Assembly (NCBI RefSeq): GCF_006345805.1
Contig: NC_043023.1
Location: 15,934,001-15,998,000, forward strand
Source of the DNA: Octopus sinensis
Lineage: Eukaryota
Length of the DNA stretch: 64,000 bases
Direction of reading: 5' to 3'
In this document: one piece after another, positions 60,977-64,000 of the stretch
How positions within the stretch are numbered: position 1 is the stretch's first letter
Layout of the letters: each line of letters starts with the position of its first letter
Position numbers and translations under genes: made by a program
Notes under the pieces: generated by a model
What the model was told of the DNA's origin: nothing
The model's input: only the letters and a program-made list of their open reading frames with translations
The model's database searches: none

Positions 60977-61741
60977 ATGATGGAAAACGAATTGAATGAG
61001 AAAAAGGTTACAAGTGAAACAGTGACTAAAAAGAGTAATTATTCTGGTGGCTTAAAGAATGAGAAAGGAAAAACATCATATCACTGTGATATCTGTGGTA
61101 AACCATTCTCGCAAAAAAGCAGCTTGACCACTCACCAGCGTATCCATACAGGCGAAAAACCTTTTCATTGTGACGTCTGCGGTAAATCCTTTTCGCAAAA
61201 TGTCCATTTGTCTAAACATAAATGTTCCCGGAAAGAGGGAAAGGTATTCATGTGTAGCATCTGCGATAAATCATTCTCTAGAAAGAGCTCTTTGACACGA
61301 CACATCCGTACTCATACAGGCGAGAAACCCTACCTCTGTGACATTTGTTTTAGATCTTTCTCTGAGAATCACACCTTGACCATTCAAAAACGTACTCATA
61401 CCGGAGAGAAACCGTATCACTGTGACATCTGTGATAAATCGTTCTCCGAAACCGGCCATTTGTCTCGGCATAAACGAATTCATACCGGATACAAGCCACA
61501 TAACTGCGACATCTGTGATAAATCATTCTCTGAAAACGGGGACTTAATTCGACATAAACGTATCCATACAGGGGAGAAACCGTATACGTGCGACATTTGT
61601 AGTAAAGCCTTCTCTCTCGGACATGCCTTGACTGCTCACAAACGAGTTCATGCAGAGAAACCATTTCACTGCGATATCTGTGGTAAATCATTCGCTCAGA
61701 AACCAGACTTTGCTAAACACGTTGTCATTCATACTGGATAG
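60977..61741 (+). CDS. C2H2 zinc-finger protein, 254 aa, 8 tandem fingers (6 canonical; finger 2 ends HxC, finger 4 has H to Q)
   Basis: Repeated CxxC-x12-Hxxx-H units with TGEKP linkers. A strong acceptor (ttattccag) at 60369 suggests an upstream non-coding exon. ATG at 60977 is the first in-frame ATG. Confidence 0.93.
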   Translation: MMENELNEKKVTSETVTKKSNYSGGLKNEKGKTSYHCDICGKPFSQKSSLTTHQRIHTGEKPFHCDVCGKSFSQNVHLSKHKCSRKEGKVFMCSICDKSFSRKSSLTRHIRTHTGEKPYLCDICFRSFSENHTLTIQKRTHTGEKPYHCDICDKSFSETGHLSRHKRIHTGYKPHNCDICDKSFSENGDLIRHKRIHTGEKPYTCDICSKAFSLGHALTAHKRVHAEKPFHCDICGKSFAQKPDFAKHVVIHTG

Positions 61742-61982
61742 TAGCTGTATTAAACCTTTGGGATTTTGCATTTATAACTAGCCATATCTGGCCAAAATAT
61801 TCTATCTGTCTTATGTTCGAACTGGCCACATCTGGCCTCTCCCACCTATCATACAATGTCATACAATGCTTCCCAACCACAAGATTCTGGGTTCAGTCTC
61901 ACTGTGTCACACCTGGGGCAAGTGTCTTCTAGTATAGCCTTGTGAGTGGATTTAGTAGATGGAAATTGAAAGAAGCCTGTCG

Positions 61983-62024
<42 letters not shown>

Positions 62025-62363
62025 TTCAGCAACAATTTAGATTCAAATGAATATGGTACTTAATTTAGATGCACCAGAATTTTGTATGGTGTTATCCATA
62101 AAAATTTGATGGGTGATTATAATAAAAAATAAGCAACAAGAATGATTCCGGTGATTTGGTACAACATTTTATTAAAGTTGTAAGTATTACATCTTAAATC
62201 TGCTGTAATACTTACAACTTTTAATAAAATGTTGTAGTGTGAAATAATTGTACCAAATCACCGGAGTCATTCTTGTTGCTTATTTTTGATATATATATAT
62301 ATATGTGTGTATGTATGTATATTAGAAGAAATGAGGTCCTCAGAAGTCCGGATGGCTTTATAT

Positions 62364-62675
62364 ATCACTGCGATATCTGTGGTAAATCATTCGCTCAAAA
62401 ACCAGACTTTGCTAAACATGTTGTCAATCATACTGGATAGTAAACTGTATTAAACCTTTTGCATTTATAACTAGCCATATCTGGCCAAAATATTCTAACT
62501 GTCTTATGTTCGAACTGGCCACATCTGGCCTCTCCCACCTATCATACAATGTCATACAATGCTTCCCAACCACATGATTCTGGGTTCAGTCTCACTGTGT
62601 CACACCTGGGGCAAGTGTCTTCTAGTATAGCCTTGTGAGTGGATTTAGTAGATGGAAATTGAAAGAAGCCTGTCG

Positions 62676-62678
<3 letters not shown>
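62364..62678 (+). pseudogene. Duplicated ZNF last finger plus 3' UTR (copy 2)
   Basis: YHCDICGKSFAQKPDFAKHVVNHTG* and the downstream UTR and SINE piece match about 61664-61985. Confidence 0.88.
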
Positions 62679-62723
<45 letters not shown>

Positions 62724-62792
62724 GGAGTAAACACATAAATGTGAAACAAGGTGGAAAAAAGAGTACTCAAATACCAGGGGTAGAGTAATATG

Positions 62793-62952
62793 CTTTATTT
62801 AAAAGCAGCAGAAATTCAACAAAACCTGTTACTCTGAGTTTCCCGTTCATCGGACAGCTTTTGTTAAAATTTTAACAAAAACTGTCCGACGAACGGGAAC
62901 GGGAAGCTCAGAGTAACAGGTTTTGTTGAATTTCTGCTGCTTTGAAATAAAG
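62793..62952. repeat. Palindrome containing two inverted degenerate hammerhead-like motifs
   Basis: The arms meet at about 62870. Minus 62826-62857 reads CUGU-CCGAUGA-ACGG-GAAA-CUCAGAG-UA-ACAG. The same element with its centre deleted lies at about 21571-21712. Confidence 0.7.
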
Positions 62953-63038
62953 TATATATATATATATATATATATATAGAGCAGTTAGTTGTTCGACTTT
63001 GACGGTACTGGTCGTTTATTTATGATATGTTCAGAATC

Positions 63039-63107
63039 AGTCTTACTGATGAGCATGGTCGCAAATTCTTCTGCGGTTCAGTGCGAAATCACAGGTGATA
63101 CAAGACT
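63039..63107 (+). ncRNA. Putative type-I hammerhead ribozyme (same family as 55285-55342)
   Basis: AGUCUU(A)-CUGAUGA-GCAU...GUGC-GAAA-UCACAGGUG-AUA-(C)AAGACU. It has an intact core and a G-C at the base of stem II. Stem I is 6 bp with an A.C mismatch next to the core. Confidence 0.65.
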
Positions 63108-63242
63108 AAATTCATTTTTTAAATGTCTTGCTTTGAAAAACTGCATTGGGTATGATTAGTAAAATCTTTGGTAGAAATGACTGATGTCCCTCTTAGCGTG
63201 AGGCATTTATGTGTAATAATGCCCTCTATATATAAATTAATA

Positions 63243-63287
<45 letters not shown>

Positions 63288-63354
63288 GTCTGTGTGTGTG
63301 TATGTATGTATATTTGAAGAAATGAGATACTCAGAAGTCCGGATGGTTTTATAT

Positions 63355-63960
63355 TTCACTGCGATATACTCTTTTATTTGTTTCAGTCATTTGACTGCGG
63401 CCATGCTGGAGCACTGCCTTTAGTCGAGCAAATTGACCCCGGGACTTATTCTTTGTAAGCCCAGTACGTATTCTATCGGTCTCTTTTGCCGAACCACTAA
63501 GTAACGGCGACGTAAACAAACCAGCATCGGTTGTCAAGCAATGCTAGGGGGACAAACACAGACACACAAACATATATACACACATACATATATATATATA
63601 TATACATATATACAACAAGCTTCTTTCAGTTTCCGTCTACCAAATCCACTCACAAGGCTTTGGTCGGCCCAAGGCTATAGCAGAAGACACTTGCCCAAGA
63701 TGCCACGCAGTGGGACTGAACCCAGAACCATGTGGTTGGGTAGCAAGCTACTTACCACACAGCCACTCCTGCACCTATCTGTGGTAATTCATTCACTCAA
63801 AAACCAGACTTTGCTAAACATGTTGTTATTCATACTGGATAGTAAACTGTATTAAACCTTTTGCATTTTGCATTTATAACTAGCCATGTCTGGCCAAAAT
63901 ATTCTAACTGTCTTATGTTCAAACTTGCCACATCTGGCTTCTCCCACCTATCATACAATT
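63355..63960 (+). pseudogene. Duplicated ZNF last finger plus 3' UTR (copy 3), split by a SINE family 1 insertion (about 63368-63775, minus strand)
   Basis: tttcactgcgatat|SINE|atctgtggtaattcattcactcaaaaaccagactttgctaaacatg... Confidence 0.85.
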
Positions 63961-64000
63961 TCATTCTAAGAATACACAAACATATCATCGAAATCTTGAA

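Overview
Eukaryotic, AT-rich, repeat-saturated genomic DNA. It is most likely from an octopod cephalopod, inferred from the tRNA-derived SINE families, dense microsatellites and the CDICGK-type C2H2 zinc-finger gene. Two protein-coding loci can be reconstructed. (1) A 10-exon minus-strand gene (CDS 43870 down to 9614, 1086 nt, 361 aa) has canonical GT/AG boundaries and matching phase at all nine junctions; by recalled motif similarity it is HAUS7 (augmin subunit 7). (2) A plus-strand gene with 8 C2H2 zinc fingers in one coding exon (60977-61741) has a tandemly duplicated 5' region and 3' end. The rest is transposon-derived: a near-intact DD37D (maT-type) element with one frameshift, a DD37E Tc1-like fragment, a Tigger/pogo deletion derivative, CR1- and RTE-type LINE 3' ends, several SINE families, non-autonomous Helitrons, piggyBac-, mariner- and Merlin-like MITEs, and an unclassified GGATC-ended family. 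The most interesting unexplained structure is (a) several type-I hammerhead ribozyme folds from at least three or four sequence families, sitting in short inverted, Penelope-pLTR-like modules without any ORF, clustered around the ZNF gene, and (b) about 10 kb of nested long hairpins and palindromes in HAUS7 intron 1. There is one 100-N assembly gap (58455-58554). All calls were made by eye, with no database search.
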